DNA of 64,000 bases from Octopus vulgaris (GCA_951406725.2 OX597823.1:42408001-42472000); one strand, 5' to 3'; positions 23,580 to 38,085 are shown, counted from the first letter of the stretch. Made by a program: numbers and translations. Notes: a model not told the origin generated them from the sequence alone.

Positions 23580-23960
23580 GAAAGCAATGTTACATAGTCA
23601 TTAAATGTAGGCTGTGAATGCAGAGAGCATGTGACGGCTTGAAAGAAATGGAACTTGCCTGCTCTGCTCGATCTGCAATGTTAGTATGCATGTATGATAA
23701 AGTGTAGCTGTTGAGAGAAAATCTTGTCATAAGTGACAGCTGATGTGGAGTACAAGAGAGAAGACTGCACTGATATGGTCACATGATGCATATCGATGAG
23801 GACAGCTGCATAAAGAAATGCTGATAGCTAAGTGAAGATGGGAACTGTGGAAATGGAAAACCCAGGAAGACATAGGATGAAGTGATGAAAAATGACCTTC
23901 AGAGAAGAGATGACAAAGGTTTGAGATGACTGGCAATTTGCTGTGCTTGTGATGATCCAA
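23580..23960 (+). mobile_element. RTE-like LINE 3' end fragment
   Basis: Decayed ..RLH*YGH..MDED..GKPRKT* motif, homologous to the minus-strand fragments at 29050-29460 and 34500-34900. Confidence 0.6.
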
Positions 23961-24382
23961 TCATTCTAAGTTAAAATGGGACCCTAAAGGTACAACATTT
24001 ATGCCTATGCACCTGCACATAACCCATTCTTAACAAAGCTCTCTCCCACAACTCATCTTGCCAACCCTCACCATCCATGTTCACTAGCTGCATTCCCTTA
24101 CCATCCATCTCCCCTTTTTATTAGCACTGTCACAAACTTTCCTGTCCAATCAGTCCATCCAATTCCCTGTACTACTTGAGGATACATCCTGACATCATCA
24201 TCTCTTTCACCTCAGTTTTCCAAGTGGTGTAGCCATGTATCTCCTCTACTGTGAGTCACACATATCTGTCCATCTTTCATACTCTAACCTCACATCACCT
24301 GACCAAAGGCCACCTTTATCAACATCATTCCTCCTTTTGCTGAAGAGGTCTTATGACAACTAAAATGCATTCAGTACATTCT

Positions 24383-24608
24383 TATTTCTTCATTACCCAC
24401 AAGGGGCTAAACATACAGGGGACAAACAAGGACAAACAAAGGGATTAAGTCGATTACATCGACCCCAGTGTGTAACAGGTACTTAATTTATTGACCCCGA
24501 AAGGATGAAAGGCAAAGTCGACCTTGGCAGAATTTGAACTCAGAACGTAGTGGCAGATGAAATACCGCTAAGCATTTCACCCAGCGTGCTAACAATTCTG
24601 CCAGCTCA
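24383..24608 (-). mobile_element. tRNA-derived SINE, family A
   Basis: Inverted match to 55746-55970 (GAGTTCAAATTCTGCC..GGTCGACTTTGCCTTTCATCCTTTCGGGGTC). Confidence 0.85.
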
Positions 24609-25790
24609 CATTCAGTACATTCTGTAAAGTGATTCACATTATGAATGCCATTCAGCTGTAAAAACCATGCCAAAACATACATCAGAGCTTGCCACAATCA
24701 TCTGACTTACCAGCTAATGTCAAACAATCCAACACATGCCAGCATAGAAAGCAAACGTTAAATAGTGATGATGATGATGAAGTGTGTTTGAGCATGTATA
24801 AGTGCGAGTGCATGTATGTTTGTATCTCCTTGTCTTGACTTCATATGATAGTTGTATATCATTGTTACTGTCTTATTAGTCATGCCATTCATTTCCAGTG
24901 TTCTGCAAAAACATATCTAGCCATGGGGAAATATTACCTTGCTTCTAATAAGGACATCTGATATAGAAAATCGGCCTCAATAAAATTCGTCTAATCCATG
25001 CTAGCATGGGAATGTAGATGTCAGAACAACAATAAGTTGTCTCCCTGTCATTAATCCACATAAGGCATACAGCAACATTATTACACAATCATACATAATG
25101 TATTACACAGCACTTTTATGGTGTAGGTATGGCTATGTGGTTCAGATGTTTGCTTTAGGGGCACATGGCTTTAGTTCAGTCCTATCCCACTGCTTGGTCC
25201 CTTCTACTTTAGCATTGAGCTTAAAAATAGTAGGAGGGAATTAGGTAGTGGAAACCTGCAGAAAGCTCATTGTATAATCAGCATATCATCATTTTAACAT
25301 CTGTTATTCCATTCTTGCATGGGCATGGGTCTGCTGGAATTTGCTAAAGAAGATATTCTACAGCTGGAGATTACCAACTGTGAGTGGGCATGCACACACA
25401 AGTGTACATGTGTGTTTATGTTACATATTATCACCACTTGAGTAAAGGGAAGAAGAAAAAGAAGTAGAAGAAAGGAGGAAGAGGAGGAGGAAAGAACAAG
25501 AAGGAAAAAGAAAGATGATGAGAAATAAAAAGTGAGGAAGAAGAGAAAGGGGTTCCAATTTGATTGAATATACAATCACTATGAATTCAGCTTAAGTCTA
25601 GTGATTTGTTCTAAATCTTTACATTTTGAGTTCAAATCCCGCTGAGGTCAACTTTACTTTCCTCCATCAGGAATTTGTACAATAAAGAACCAATCTAGTA
25701 CTAAAGAGCAAATCGATGTAATCAACTATCCCCCTGCCCTCAAAATGTGTGACCTTCTCTCTAAATTAGAAATAGTTATTACTGTTATTA

Positions 25791-26099
25791 GTGGAGGCAC
25801 ATGGCCTAGTGGTTAAAGCAGTAGACTCATGGTCAAGGGATCGTGGGTTCAAATCTCAGACCGGGTGATGTGTGTGTTTATGAGCGAAAACACCTAAGCT
25901 CCACGTGGTTCCGGCAGAAGGTAATGGCGAACTTCAGCTGACTCTTTCACCACAACTTTCTCTCACTCTTTCCTCCTGCATCTTGCGGCTCACCTGCGAT
26001 GGACTGGCCTCCCATCCAGGTGGGGAACCTATACGCCAAGGAAACTGGGAAACAGGCCCTTATGAGCTAGGCATGGCTCAAGAAGGAACAAACAAACAA
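25791..26099 (+). mobile_element. tRNA-derived SINE with V-domain-like core and (AAAC)n tail
   Basis: A box TGGCCTAGTGG, B box GGTTCAAATCT, CCTGCGATGGACTGGCCTCCCATCCAGG, AACAAACAAACAA tail. Confidence 0.75.
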
Positions 26100-27285
26100 T
26101 TACTGTTATTAACATTTTTGTCAGTGTTGCTTTGGAGATGCTGCATGTCTGAATGGTAGTTTGCTTTGCAAACATGAGGCCCCAAGTTCAAGCCCATTGC
26201 TTGTTTTTAGCAAGTGCCTTATTGCATTGAGTCAAGCCACACCTTGCAAGTGAACGTGGGTAGATGGAAACTGCTAAAGTTCAGCAAATGTATTGTATCT
26301 CTAATTGCATTGATTCAGCCATTAACCCTTATTGCATGACCCCAAGTATACTCAGTTCCATGCATGTGCAGCTGAGACTCAAGAACTGTGTTAACTCATT
26401 TGTGATGGGCTACTTTCTGGAATTCTTCCATTTCATGTGATGTATCATGTAAATTTTAACTTCACTGGCCAATAGAAAGAGGTTGCAAGAACTGATTTGC
26501 ATAAGGTTGACATAAAAATTTTATCTGTGCGGTAGAGTGCAGTGCAGGCTAAGAGTACATGTGTCTGTGGAATACTCAAACACTTATGTGTTCATTTGGG
26601 GGCAGATAATTCAGCTGACACAATGACGAATACACATTATTATTAATCCCTTTATGCTTACTGCTATTATTTAGTACCAGCTCAATTCATATAAAGCAGA
26701 TCTCAGATAAAGACAATCAAGAAATGACCATCCCATCCCATCTTTCTTTGGGTGTCTAAGACTTTAATATCTAAAATGTACATTTTCTTGCCAAAAACTA
26801 ATAATAATTGTAGGGTATGAGTTGTGTAAGATTTGGCTGCTTTTTCTAGCAGACTGAACTACCATGTAAGAAATCCTCTTATTGTTGTTATTATTGTTTT
26901 TTTATGTATAAAGCCAGCTTTGATCGAGTTCATCTTTGACCAAAAGAATTCCAGGTGTAAACATCCTGTTTAGTTTGTAGATCAGGCATTATAATGTCTG
27001 GTGTTGCCCTTTTATTAAAGATGGTATAGGGCATTTGAGTGATTTTGGTGGCACTTTTTAGCAGGTCAAGTGATAGCAAAGTGGCTTCCTCATTGTTGTT
27101 ATTGTTGTTGTTGGTGGTGGTGGTGGTTATCAAAAGAAAAAGAGTTTGACTTACAAACTTAAGCTGACAGTCTAGTACAATACTCATTTCAAACTCATTG
27201 TACTTTAGAGGAGCATGAAACTCAGAACATCTCTCACCGATTTTCCAACAATTGTGTAGCCTAATATTTTGTCAAAACATTATTA

Positions 27286-27637
27286 TTATCTCCACCTTAG
27301 CGAAGGCGGAGGTATTGTTTTCAGTCATGTTTGTTTGTCCATGGACAAGATATCACAAGAACCGCTGGATGGATTTGAATGAAACCTTCAGGGATGTTTG
27401 GCTTCATGACTGGCACAAACTAATTAGATTTTGGGATCAATCCAGTACCGGTCAAGGATTCTGGATTATTTTTCCTGTTTTTTTAAATTAATTTTTGAGA
27501 GTGGTCGGCTTCATTTTTAGTATTTTTGCTTGTGAAAGCAGTTGAGTTTATTTCAGATATTCTCATTTTAAAAATCGTTGAAAGGATGTTGGTGTTGCCT
27601 TCACAGAGGTTTGCGCTCTCAGAGTGCTCTTGTTAGT
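27286..27637 (+). mobile_element. Non-autonomous Helentron/Helitron (HINE/DINE-like)
   Basis: 5' TTATCTCCACCTTAGCGAAGGCGGAGG, GTTTGTTTGTC, and 3' subterminal GCCTTCACAGAGG plus hairpin GCGCTCTCAGAGTGC ending TTAGT. Confidence 0.7.
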
Positions 27638-27639
27638 AC

Positions 27640-27955
27640 TGTTGTTGTTATTGCTATCATCATCATCATCTTCATCAACATTATTATTTAATGATCATTG
27701 ACCTCATCATTCCAATTTACAATATCGATGGCAGTATTTCTGAGGAAATAATAATAACAATAATTATTCCTCATTCATTATTACCACCATCAACTTCACC
27801 ACAACCACCATCATCATCATAATCATTATCTACAATATAGATTACTTGTAATTACATCAACAGAATTATTATTATAAATGTTGTTACTGTTGTTGTAAAA
27901 CATTGTCTCCATGGCTATTATTCCAATATAATAATCGTTTCATTATTATTATTAC

Positions 27956-28045
<90 letters not shown>

Positions 28046-28176
28046 CATCAGCAACATCATAATACATATTACAATGTCGTTTTATAACCAAAATTTATTG
28101 ACTTCCATTATCATCATCACAATTTTAATATCACTCCCTTTATTAAAAACACTGCTGCTTATAACAACAGCAACAC

Positions 28177-28212
<36 letters not shown>

Positions 28213-28375
28213 TACTAATACTACCTACTACTACTACTAATAATAATAATGATAATAATAATAATAATGATGATGATGATGATGATGATGATGATAATAA
28301 TAATAATAACTGCTTTTTTATTAATAATAATAGCAATAAATAATATTACATGACCACCACTACTACTACTATCGT
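27640..28375. repeat. Trinucleotide microsatellite cluster (ATT/AAT/CAT/GAT)
   Basis: Directly visible; poly-I/N/D ORFs. Confidence 0.95.
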
Positions 28376-28549
28376 GATTGTTCAAGTTTTATATGAATTC
28401 ATTGACAAATCTAAGTAAAATTGTTTTGAAATATTAACAATTAATGCTCTTTCATCCATATTATCCATAGTTTCAAATACTGTTACATACATACACACAC
28501 ACACATGAACTAATAAAGACATCGGTTTTCTGTCATTTGGTCATCCCCA

Positions 28550-29460
28550 TCATCATTGTCGTCGTTTAATGTCCGCTTTCCATGCTGACATGGGTTGGAT
28601 GGTTTGACTGAGGGCTGGCAAGCCAGAAGGCTGCACAGGGCTCCAATCTGATCTGGCAAAGTTTCAACAGATGGATGCCCTTCATAATGCCAACCACTCT
28701 GAGAGTGTAGTGGGTGCTTTTTATATGCCACCAGCATGAGGGCCAGTCAGGTGGTCTTGGCATTGACCCTGCTTGAATGGTGCTTTTTACATGCCACGAG
28801 CATGGGAGCCAGTCAGGTGGCACTGGCAATGACCATACTCAAATGGTGCTTTTTACATGCCACCAGCATGGGAGCCAGTCAGGCAGCACTGGCAACGATC
28901 ACGCTCAAATGATGCTTTTTACATGTCACCAGCACAGGTGCCAATCAGGTGGTACTGTCATTGGCCATGACAATTACTTCACATGCTTCAACAGGTCTTC
29001 GGTCTTTGCAAGAGCCGTTTATTGCCCAATGATTGAAGGGTACTCTTAAATGGGCTGGTTATGCTGCACTGGCACAAGCCACTGTTACGGTCTCACTTGG
29101 CTTGCTGGGTCTTCTCAAGCACCATGTATCTTCAAAGGTCTTGGTCACTTATCATTGCCCCAGAGAGCCCCAAGATTCAAAAGTCATGCTTCACCAACTC
29201 ATCCCAAGACTTCCTGGGTCTACCTCTTTCACAAGTTCTCTCTACTGCTAGGGTGTGACACTTTTTCACACGGCTGTCCTCATCCATACACACCACATGA
29301 CCATACCAGCACAGTCATCTCTCTTGCACACCACATCTGATTCTTCTTACGTCCAACTTTTCTCTCGGGGTGGTTACACTCTGTCATGTATGCACACTGA
29401 CATTACACATCCAGCAGAGCATACTAGCTTCATTCCTTGCAAGCTTATGCATCTCCTCAG
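28550..29460 (-). mobile_element. RTE-like LINE 3' end with family C 3' UTR
   Basis: On the minus strand, the RT C-terminal remnant (29050-29460) runs into AAAAAGCACC tandem units and the family C terminus. Confidence 0.75.
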
Positions 29461-29901
29461 CAGTGACAGCCTGAGAAAAAAAGATACAGACAGATTTCCC
29501 CACCAGCTTAATGTATATACAGGAGAATGCAGTCTGATATATAAAAAGAGGGGATGATCATGCTTGGAATGTCTTCAATATTATGTCATCTCATAAAGTG
29601 CACATATAGGTATAAACAGTAATACACAAGTACAAACAAAAACAAACAGCATGCAATTATGCATCAATGCAGCTGTGTAATTAAGAGTTGCTTCCCAACC
29701 ACATGATTTGAAGTTCAGTGCCAATGCATGGCACCTTGGGAAAGTGTCTTCTACCATAGCCTCATGATCACCAAGGTCATGTGAGTAGATCTGGTAGACA
29801 GAACCTGTGGAAGCCCATTGTGTGTGTGTGTGTGCATGCGCACGCATGTGTGTGTGTGCATGCGCACGCATGTGTGTGTGTGCATCTGTCTTAACATTGC
29901 A

Positions 29902-30113
29902 TGGGGGGACAAACACAGACACACACAAACATACACACACACACACACATATATATGATGGGCTTCTTTCAGTTTCCGTCTACCAAATCCACTCACAAGG
30001 CTTTGGTTGACCCAAGGCTATAGCAGAAGACACTTGCCCAAGGTTCCACACAGTGGGACTGAACCTGGAATCATGTGGTTCATAAGCAAGCTACTTACCA
30101 CACAGCCACTCCT
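29902..30113 (-). mobile_element. SINE family B
   Basis: Inverted tRNA-like head GGAGTGGCTGTGTGGTAAGTAGCTTGC..GGTTCAGTCCC. Confidence 0.85.
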
Positions 30114-30373
30114 ACAGTAATACTTATGTGAACTGTTCCACAATAGATATGAAGATGATTTTGGTTATTGGAGTGACCAATACAAAGTTAAATGGTGAGC
30201 TGAGCTAGCTAATATTTCTATTTGTATTTCTCATTTCATTGTTGGTTTGTTTAGGCAGTAATTATCTTGATTCTATGATCTATGTAAACCTGCTTATTTA
30301 TAAAGCATGTATGATCTCCCAATTTGATGATAAAGAACTGTGTTATATAACTGGTTCTGTAATCAATTATTAA

Positions 30374-31298
30374 TTACATGAGAATCGAACCAAATATCAA
30401 TGGAAACAGTAGTAGTTGTGATACCTGTGCCGGTGACACATAAAAAGCACCATCCGAACGTGGCTGTTGCCAGTGCAGCCTCCACTGGCTTCTGTGCCGG
30501 TGGCACATAAAAAGCTCCATCCGAACGTGACCGATGCCAACCCTGCCAGCACCATCCGAACGTGGCCGTTGCCAGTGCAGCCTCCACTGGTTTCTGTGCT
30601 GGTGGCACATAAAAAGCACCAACCGATCGTGGGATCCCGGAACATCTCGCTGTGCTTGAGGAGACCTGTTGAGTCAAGTGCATGTACATGAGAATCGAAC
30701 CAAATATCAATGGAAACAGTAGTAGTTGTGATACCTGTGCCGGTGACACATAAAAAGCACCATCTGAACGTGGCCGTTGCCAGTGCAGCCTTCACTGGCT
30801 TCTGTGCCGGTGGCACATAAAAAGCTCCATCCGAACGTGACCGTTGCCAACCCCGCCAGCACCATCCGAACGTGGCCGTTGCCAGTGCAGCCTCCAGTGG
30901 CTTCTGTGCCGGTGGCACATAAAAAGCACCATCCGAACGTGACCGATGCCAACCCTGCCCCGAATGGCTTCTGTGCCGGTGGCACATAAAAAGCACCATC
31001 CGAACGTGGCCGATGCCAGCACCGCCTTGACTGGCTTCTGTGCCGGTCGCACATAAAAAAGCACCAACCGATCGTGGCCGATGCCAGACCCCTCTGGCAC
31101 CTGTGCAGGTGGCACGTAAAAAGCACCCACTACACTCGCAGAGTGGTTGGTGTTAGGAAGGGCATCCAGCTGTAGAAACACTGCCAGACCAGACTGGAGC
31201 CTGGGGCAGCCCCTGGCTCCCCAGACCCCGGTCGAACCGTCCAACCCGTGCTAGTGCGGAAAATGGACGTTAAACGATGATGATGATGATGATGATGA
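30374..31298 (+). mobile_element. Young family C (RTE 3' UTR) copy with expanded minisatellite and ~310 bp tandem duplication
   Basis: 30375-30620 is repeated at 30685-30930. Unit GGCACATAAAAAGCACCATCCGAACGTGGCCG; CpG-rich; (GAT)n tail. Confidence 0.9.
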
Positions 31299-32391
31299 TT
31301 GCTATTCCTCATCACCTTGTACATTTCTTAGTGTACTCATCAGCAATCATCGTTTAGCATCTGTTTTCCATGCTGGCATGGGTTAGACGGTTTGATTGGA
31401 ACTAGTAAGCCAGAAAGCTGTACCAGACTCCATCTGGTTTGGCTTAGTTTCTATTGCTGGATGCCCTTCCTACTGCCAAAGACTCCAGAATTGTACTGGG
31501 TGTCTTCTATATGTCACTGGCACAAGTGCCTTTTATGTGTCTCTGGTACAAGAGCCTGCTACGTAGCACTGGTACCCTCTACATAGCACTGGCATGGGTG
31601 CCTTTTACATGTCACCAGCACTGGCCATGACTACAATTTCAATTGACAAGTCTTCTTGAGCAGAGCAAATCACCAAGGGTCTTGATCGCTTGTCATCGCC
31701 TCCGTGAGAGCCAACATCCAAAGATCATGCTTCACCACATCGCCCCATGTCTTTCTGGGTCTACCTCTTTGACATGTTACCTCAACAGTTAGAGATTGGA
31801 ACTTCTTTACACAGCTGTTCTCATATATTCTCATGGACATTAGGTTTTATTTACATACTGATTACATCATATCCTATATATACTGTTCTATCAATATTTA
31901 CACATTGAAAAATCTATCTTCCTACTTGTTTTATTTACATACATAATATGCACCCATATATGAATGTATATAGATACATTCTATATGCATAGGTGTATGA
32001 GTACATACTTGTCAATATACATATGTGTCTTCCTAGATGTAAACATGAGTTATTACAGGTATTTCTGAAAATGCATGTACCGAATACCTGTATATATATA
32101 TCATTACCATTTCTGTAGTTTCGATATTTATTTATTCATGTTTACATGGGTCAAATGGAATTCATTGAGGCAGATTTTCTATGACCAGATACTCTTACAG
32201 TGGCCAACCCCACATATTTCCAAGCAAGGTAATATTTTCCATACTGGAGATGTCATAGAAGTATAGAAACAAACAGACATCACCTGTGGGACAGGCTAGT
32301 TTGCAACCATCACACAATGTCAAGACTATAAGACATACATATATACACATATCCATATATATGTGTGTGTGTGTATGTGTGCGTGCATGCA

Positions 32392-32423
<32 letters not shown>

Positions 32424-32439
32424 GATATATATATGTATA

Positions 32440-32916
32440 ACCGGCCTCCGTGCCAGTGGCACATAAAAGGCACCATTCATGTGTGATCATTACCAGTGTC
32501 GCCTTACTGGCACTTGAGCCCCAGCTAGTAGGGTGCTAAGAGCAGAACCCGAGCGTGATCATTGTCAGAGTGGCTAAGTGGATTCTGTGCTGCTGGCATG
32601 TAAAAGGCACCATTCGAGCATGATTGTTACCAGCATCAACTTACTGACACCTGTGCAGGTGGCATGTGTAAAAAGATTTGAACGAGGTTGTTGCCAGTAC
32701 TGCCTTACTGGCCCCCCATGCTGGTGGCATGTAAAAGCACCAACTACACTCTCGGAGTGGTTGGCGTTAGGAAGGGCATCCAGCTGGAGAAACTCTGCCA
32801 AATCAAGATTGGAGCCTGGTGCAGCCATCTTGTTTGCCAGCCCTCAGTCAAATCATCCAACCCATGTTAGCTTGGAAAGCGGACGTTAAACGATGATGAT
32901 GATGATGATGATGATG

Positions 32917-32917
<1 letters not shown>
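32440..32917 (+). mobile_element. Family C copy
   Basis: GAGTGGTTGGCGTTAGGAAGGGCATCCAGC..GGACGTTAAAC(GAT)n. Confidence 0.85.
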
Positions 32918-32945
<28 letters not shown>

Positions 32946-32948
<3 letters not shown>

Positions 32949-33108
32949 TGGGCTTCTTTCTCTTTCCATCTAAGAAATCTACTCACAAGGCTTTGGTCGA
33001 CCTGAGGCTTATAGTAGAAGACACTTGCCCGAAGTACCACATAGTGGGACTGAACCTGAAACTACGTAGTTGAGAAGCAAACTTAATTACAGAGCCATGA
33101 CTGTGCCT
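32946..33108 (-). mobile_element. SINE family B
   Basis: Homologous to 29960-30113. Confidence 0.75.
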
Positions 33109-33239
33109 ATATATCTATGCATGAATGTAGATATGTGTATGTTTCAATATATATGAAAGAACTCATACATGTGTGTGTATATACGCCAATGTAGCTATGT
33201 ACATGTATCTTTATCTACAAGTATATAGTCATCCTTGTT

Positions 33240-33372
33240 AGGAAAACTCTACATAAAATTCCTAATGCAGAAAGCAGACAACTTCATTAAACGGCTCAGA
33301 TGGCGCGCCTATTTCTTTGACAAGGAGGATGAAAGCCAGGACAACACCATTAAATATGGATTTAATTCCATA
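33240..33372 (+). mobile_element. Penelope-like (Naiad-type) ORF N-terminal fragment
   Basis: KLYIKFLMQKADNFIKRLRWRAYFFDKEDESQDNTIKYGFNS matches the F.KR.RW.A.FF...YGF.S N-terminal motif. Confidence 0.6.
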
Positions 33373-34194
33373 TTTTATATTCTGCTTTGCCCATAATTAC
33401 TACTGATTCAGGAAGGATTGGTCATATTAATTTGAAGTATTAAGTTAGTAACAGTTTCCAAATTACATTAAAGATGAAAATAAACGATATCCAGAATTCA
33501 TTTATATCAAGTCAGAAAAGACTAAAACTCACCAGATTGAGCTATGCTAACCGCTCTAAATTCATTGATTCAGATATAAGCACAACTACAAAACTAGCTG
33601 GTATATCTTATATTTTATTTAAAAACACAGAGGGGAAAAGAAACTTTAAATATTAACATAGATAATATAACTGAATCACACAACTATATTTTTCCTTTTT
33701 AATGTTCATAAACTTTAAGGTCTTGAGCTGGTAGAATTGTTAGCACATTGGACAAAATGCTTAATTTCATATGTTCCAACTATTTGCATGCCAAGTTCAA
33801 ATTCCACCAAGGTTAACTTTGTCTTTCAACTTCTCAGGGTTGATAAAATACAAAACCAGTGAAGTACTTGAGACAATGCAATCAACTTGCTCCCCAAACC
33901 TCAAAATTGCTGACCTTGTGCAAAAATTAGAACGAATGTTTGAAAACTCAACCATCAATCAATCAATCAGAGAAAATTATTCCTAAATTTAAGGTGGTAT
34001 CATGCCTTGAAATAATATAATTAAGGTCAGTGCAAGGCTCATGTCCATTTTGAAAAAATGACTACTTATAAAATTTTGCAAATAGTCATCAAGGGTTATC
34101 CTGCTTTCATTATCGTCATCGTCGTCATCGACATCACTATCATCATCATCACCACCACCACCATCATTGCCGCCGCCACCACCACCATCATCAT

Positions 34195-35790
34195 CATCCT
34201 TAAATGTTCACTTTCCATGCTGGCATGGGTTGTTGATTTTGACAGGAGCTGGCTAGCTGGAGAGCTGTTTAGACTCCAATTGTCTGCTTTGACATGGTTT
34301 CTATGGCTGAAGAGCCTTCCCAATGTCAGCCACTTTACAGAGTGTGCTGGGTGCTTTTTACATGGATGTGTTTATGTAGCACTAGCACAAGTACATTTTA
34401 CATGGCACTGGAACCTGCATGGCAAACACCTCTCAGTTGGGAGAGGGAGTGGAGTGCATAGCCATAAATGATATTCCTAAGTGTATGGATGGTTGCGATT
34501 TTACTTAGCTTGACATGTTTTCTCAAATATAGCAAATCACCACAAATCCTGATCCTTTGTCATCTCAATGAAGCCCAGCAATTGAAGATCCTTTCTGACC
34601 ACTTCACCCCATGTTTTCTTGGGTTTACCCCTTCCACAGGTTTCCTCCACAATTAGAGATCAGCACTTCTTTAAGCAGCTGTTCTCATCCATATGCATCA
34701 TATGATCATACCAGCACAGTCTTCTCTCTTGCATACATTTGGTGCCTCTTATACCCAGTTTTACTCTTCAATCATTTACACTGTCACATAAGCAATGACG
34801 TTACCCATTCAGCTTTGCTGGATGCATAATGCTGGCTTCATTAATTTCAAGCCTTTGCAAGTCCTCTGTGGTCAAAGCCCATCTTTCACAGCATGTAGCA
34901 TAGTTATACACACAATGGCATCATACAATCTACCTTTCACTCTATGAGAAGAGCCCTTAGTTACCAACAAAGGTAGTACTTCTCTGAACTTTGCCTACCC
35001 TATTCTTATTCTAGCAGGTATACTTTCAGAACTTCCTCCTCCACTGCTAACTTGGTCACATAGTTAGAAAAAACTATCTACTACCTCTAAGGATCTCTAC
35101 AAGCTCTTGAAGAAGTCTATTCTCTGCACATTTTTAGTGCTTATTGTACCTGCTCATTTGCTACACACAAAGACTATTTTCTGTTAAACTTCCTGTGATA
35201 CTACTACACCTCTGTGTCCAAAGCTTGCAGTGGATACAATGTATGGAGTTTCTACCAATACCCTTTCTACATATCGAGCAGGGCCATCTCACTGAAAGGA
35301 CTTATGATTTGTCTGTTTTTCTACTTGCTAGGACATTTGTCTTTGCTAACTCTATGGCCTTCGGATTCTAGATCTTCCTTCCACATTTGAAATGTCTTCT
35401 CTAGGTCAGGTAGTGATTTAGCTATAAGAACAAGATTATCAGCAAAAAGGAGCTCCTCTGTCATGGCCTGGAAAATTATGATAAAGAAGAGAGGGCTGAG
35501 AACTGATCCGTGGTGAACTCTTACCTGCATGCTAAATTCATTGCCAATCTTCACCTTACTGGTAACATCTCTCTACATGACTTGTACATCTCTCACTAAC
35601 TACTCATCTATCCTTAACTTCTGCATTGACCAGCAGATAAGGGAGCAGGTGACCCAGTCAAAAGCTTTTCTCCATGTCAACAAAATTCAAGTACAGGGGT
35701 TTATTTTTGGCTAAATACTTCTCCTGAAGTTGCTTTACCAGGAATATAGCATCAGTTGTGCTTCTCCCAGGCACAAAACCAAACTGCATC
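34195..35790 (-). mobile_element. RTE-like LINE (RT domain to 3' UTR)
   Basis: EFSMQVRVHHGSVLSPLFFIIIFQAMTEELLFADNLVLIA; FVDMEKAFD motif at ~35657-35685; continues into the family C terminus with (GAT)n tail at ~34195. Confidence 0.85.
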
Positions 35791-35849
35791 TCATCCAATA
35801 ATTGGGGTTATCCTACAAGCCAAGAAAACTTTGGTAAACTACAATAATT

Positions 35850-36960
35850 CAGTCTGGATTAAAAAGCAGCATTCAATAATAAAAAAAATGTGCTACACAA
35901 ATTTGGTGGAAATAAGCAATTTAATAGGTGTATATTTAGTGTCAAACCAATATTCTAAATTTTCAACCAATGAATTATACTGAGATGATGGACTTTTCTT
36001 GCTTAGGAATTTCAAACTACAGTCTATTACCATTGAGACTAACCAAGTTACTGTTAATTCGCAAGACTTTATACTTAATTTAACAAACTCATAGCACTAC
36101 ACAGTTCCTAAACTGAACAAAACATGATGTTACATCATAAAACCCTCCAATCTGCCAAAAATATATTTAATATCTTAGCAACAAATATCACCCATAGATT
36201 CTCAATACACCTGGCAAACAAGCAAATTATCACAGGAGCATCTACAGACTATAATGAAGCTGTGCTGAGAAGTATGTTCCCAAAGATAGAATGCATAGAG
36301 AACCATCCAGACAGATAAACAATAGAATGAGATATGAGAATAGAAATATTAACTGGATCAAGCCACCACTTAAACTTTGCAGTGGCCACTTCAGTAGCCA
36401 ATATCTTGTTCAAACTAATTAGGAAACTTTCCATATTACAACATTGCTACAAAATTTTCAACAGAAATACAACTAAACTTTTTCTTCACTTTAAATTTCT
36501 CAAAATGCTTCCTCTAGTATCTCTAAATAAAAATTCCCTAACACTCAATAACAATACCAATTATCAGTAATGAACTAAAGCATACATAGGACTAACTACT
36601 AATACTTTTAATATACACTACTACTAGCACACATACAGGTTTCAAAGCCTACTGAGGAAAACTGATACAAAGTCTTTTTGCTTCATAACCTGAACTGGAA
36701 TACTTAAGCTAAAGTGCACCTACATTTGCTTTATAGTAAATCGTGAATCCTTACTAGAGTACTGAAAACTATAGATATATTCCTAGATATGGCACCAATA
36801 CCCCCAAAATTGTGACTGCAGTACCTCAAATACATACCCTTCTGAAATCCTACAGCCATTATAGACTATTCATCTAACACAGCAACTAACAAGATCCTAC
36901 TGGAAAACAATCTTGTAAACTTAGGACCCAACTATGAGCAAACTGTCTCACATTTCTGAC
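35850..36960 (-). mobile_element. Very decayed L1/Tx1-like LINE remnant
   Basis: Minus strand VPYLGIYL (~36772-36796) and a GGL-like motif (~36350-36370) in L1-like order. Confidence 0.4.
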
Positions 36961-38054
36961 TATATTTCCAATATCCATACTTAATGAGATAGATGCATAA
37001 CTGGTTCTATGCTTTATGAAATTATTCCTCTTAACCCAAAATACATTTTTTTAAGAGTATATATATATATATATATATATACATACATGCACACACACGC
37101 ACACACACATATACCTATTCATATACTTGTGGATATCAAGCACATGTATGTGGGCATGGAGTGTGCATGTATTTATATATTTTTAACAACATGCCACCAA
37201 TTATGTTTGCTGATGCTGTAACACTTTCTAATGTTCATTATATACCTTAAAAGGTTATTTGCATTTGATATGCAATCTGTAAAAATTTGATGATGTAATC
37301 TGATTATAAGGTTTTTCCTTATATAACAGGCATTATAGTTAACAAAATATACATCAGATGCATTGATCAAAGGTAAAAATTTATCTCCACATTTGTTTCA
37401 TATTTGTACTGTGTTCATAATATTGAAATGGAACTACAAACAGAAACATGGAGTATTAATACATTTCCTATTCACATATGGGTCTTTTGAAATATATCTG
37501 GAAACAAGGAGATATAAACATTCATTATATATCATGACTGATAACCCAAACTATACAGATATATAAACACACCTGTACATGCTTGATTGTGTGTGCCTGT
37601 ATGCCTACATGTAAATCTATATATTTGTAGGTATCCATCTATATGATTGTGTATATACATATGCATATGTGTGTGTGTATATATACTTATATATATATAT
37701 ATATACACCCCACCAACACACACGTGTGTGTGTGTTCCACCCACATGTAACATTAAATTTTTCACACACCCTACCTGAACCAAAACTACATCTCTTCACC
37801 TCTTCCTCACATCTCCTTTGTGCCCTATGCTCATCTCACCCTGCCCAGTCCTGTCTTCTCCACTCCTCTATATACTCAGGATGCACCAGTCACTGACTTC
37901 TCCCACTTGCCCCTACTTTTACATTCACATAACTTCCCTCCTCACACACCCTGGACAATCCTCTACCATCGCATTTATATTCACATCCTCATACCATGAG
38001 AGGAAGCCCTGGCACATCACTACCATCTCCTTCGCTCATTCTCCTTCTCCTGCC

Positions 38055-38085
<31 letters not shown>

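Noticed and set aside
25791-25865. tRNA gene-like sequence
   Set aside because: No complete cloverleaf; continues into a SINE body and tail.
30374-31130. CRISPR-like appearance of recurring GGCACATAAAAAGCACC units (also 44560-44778)
   Set aside because: The spacers are themselves repeated, there are no cas genes, and the context is eukaryotic; these are minisatellites.
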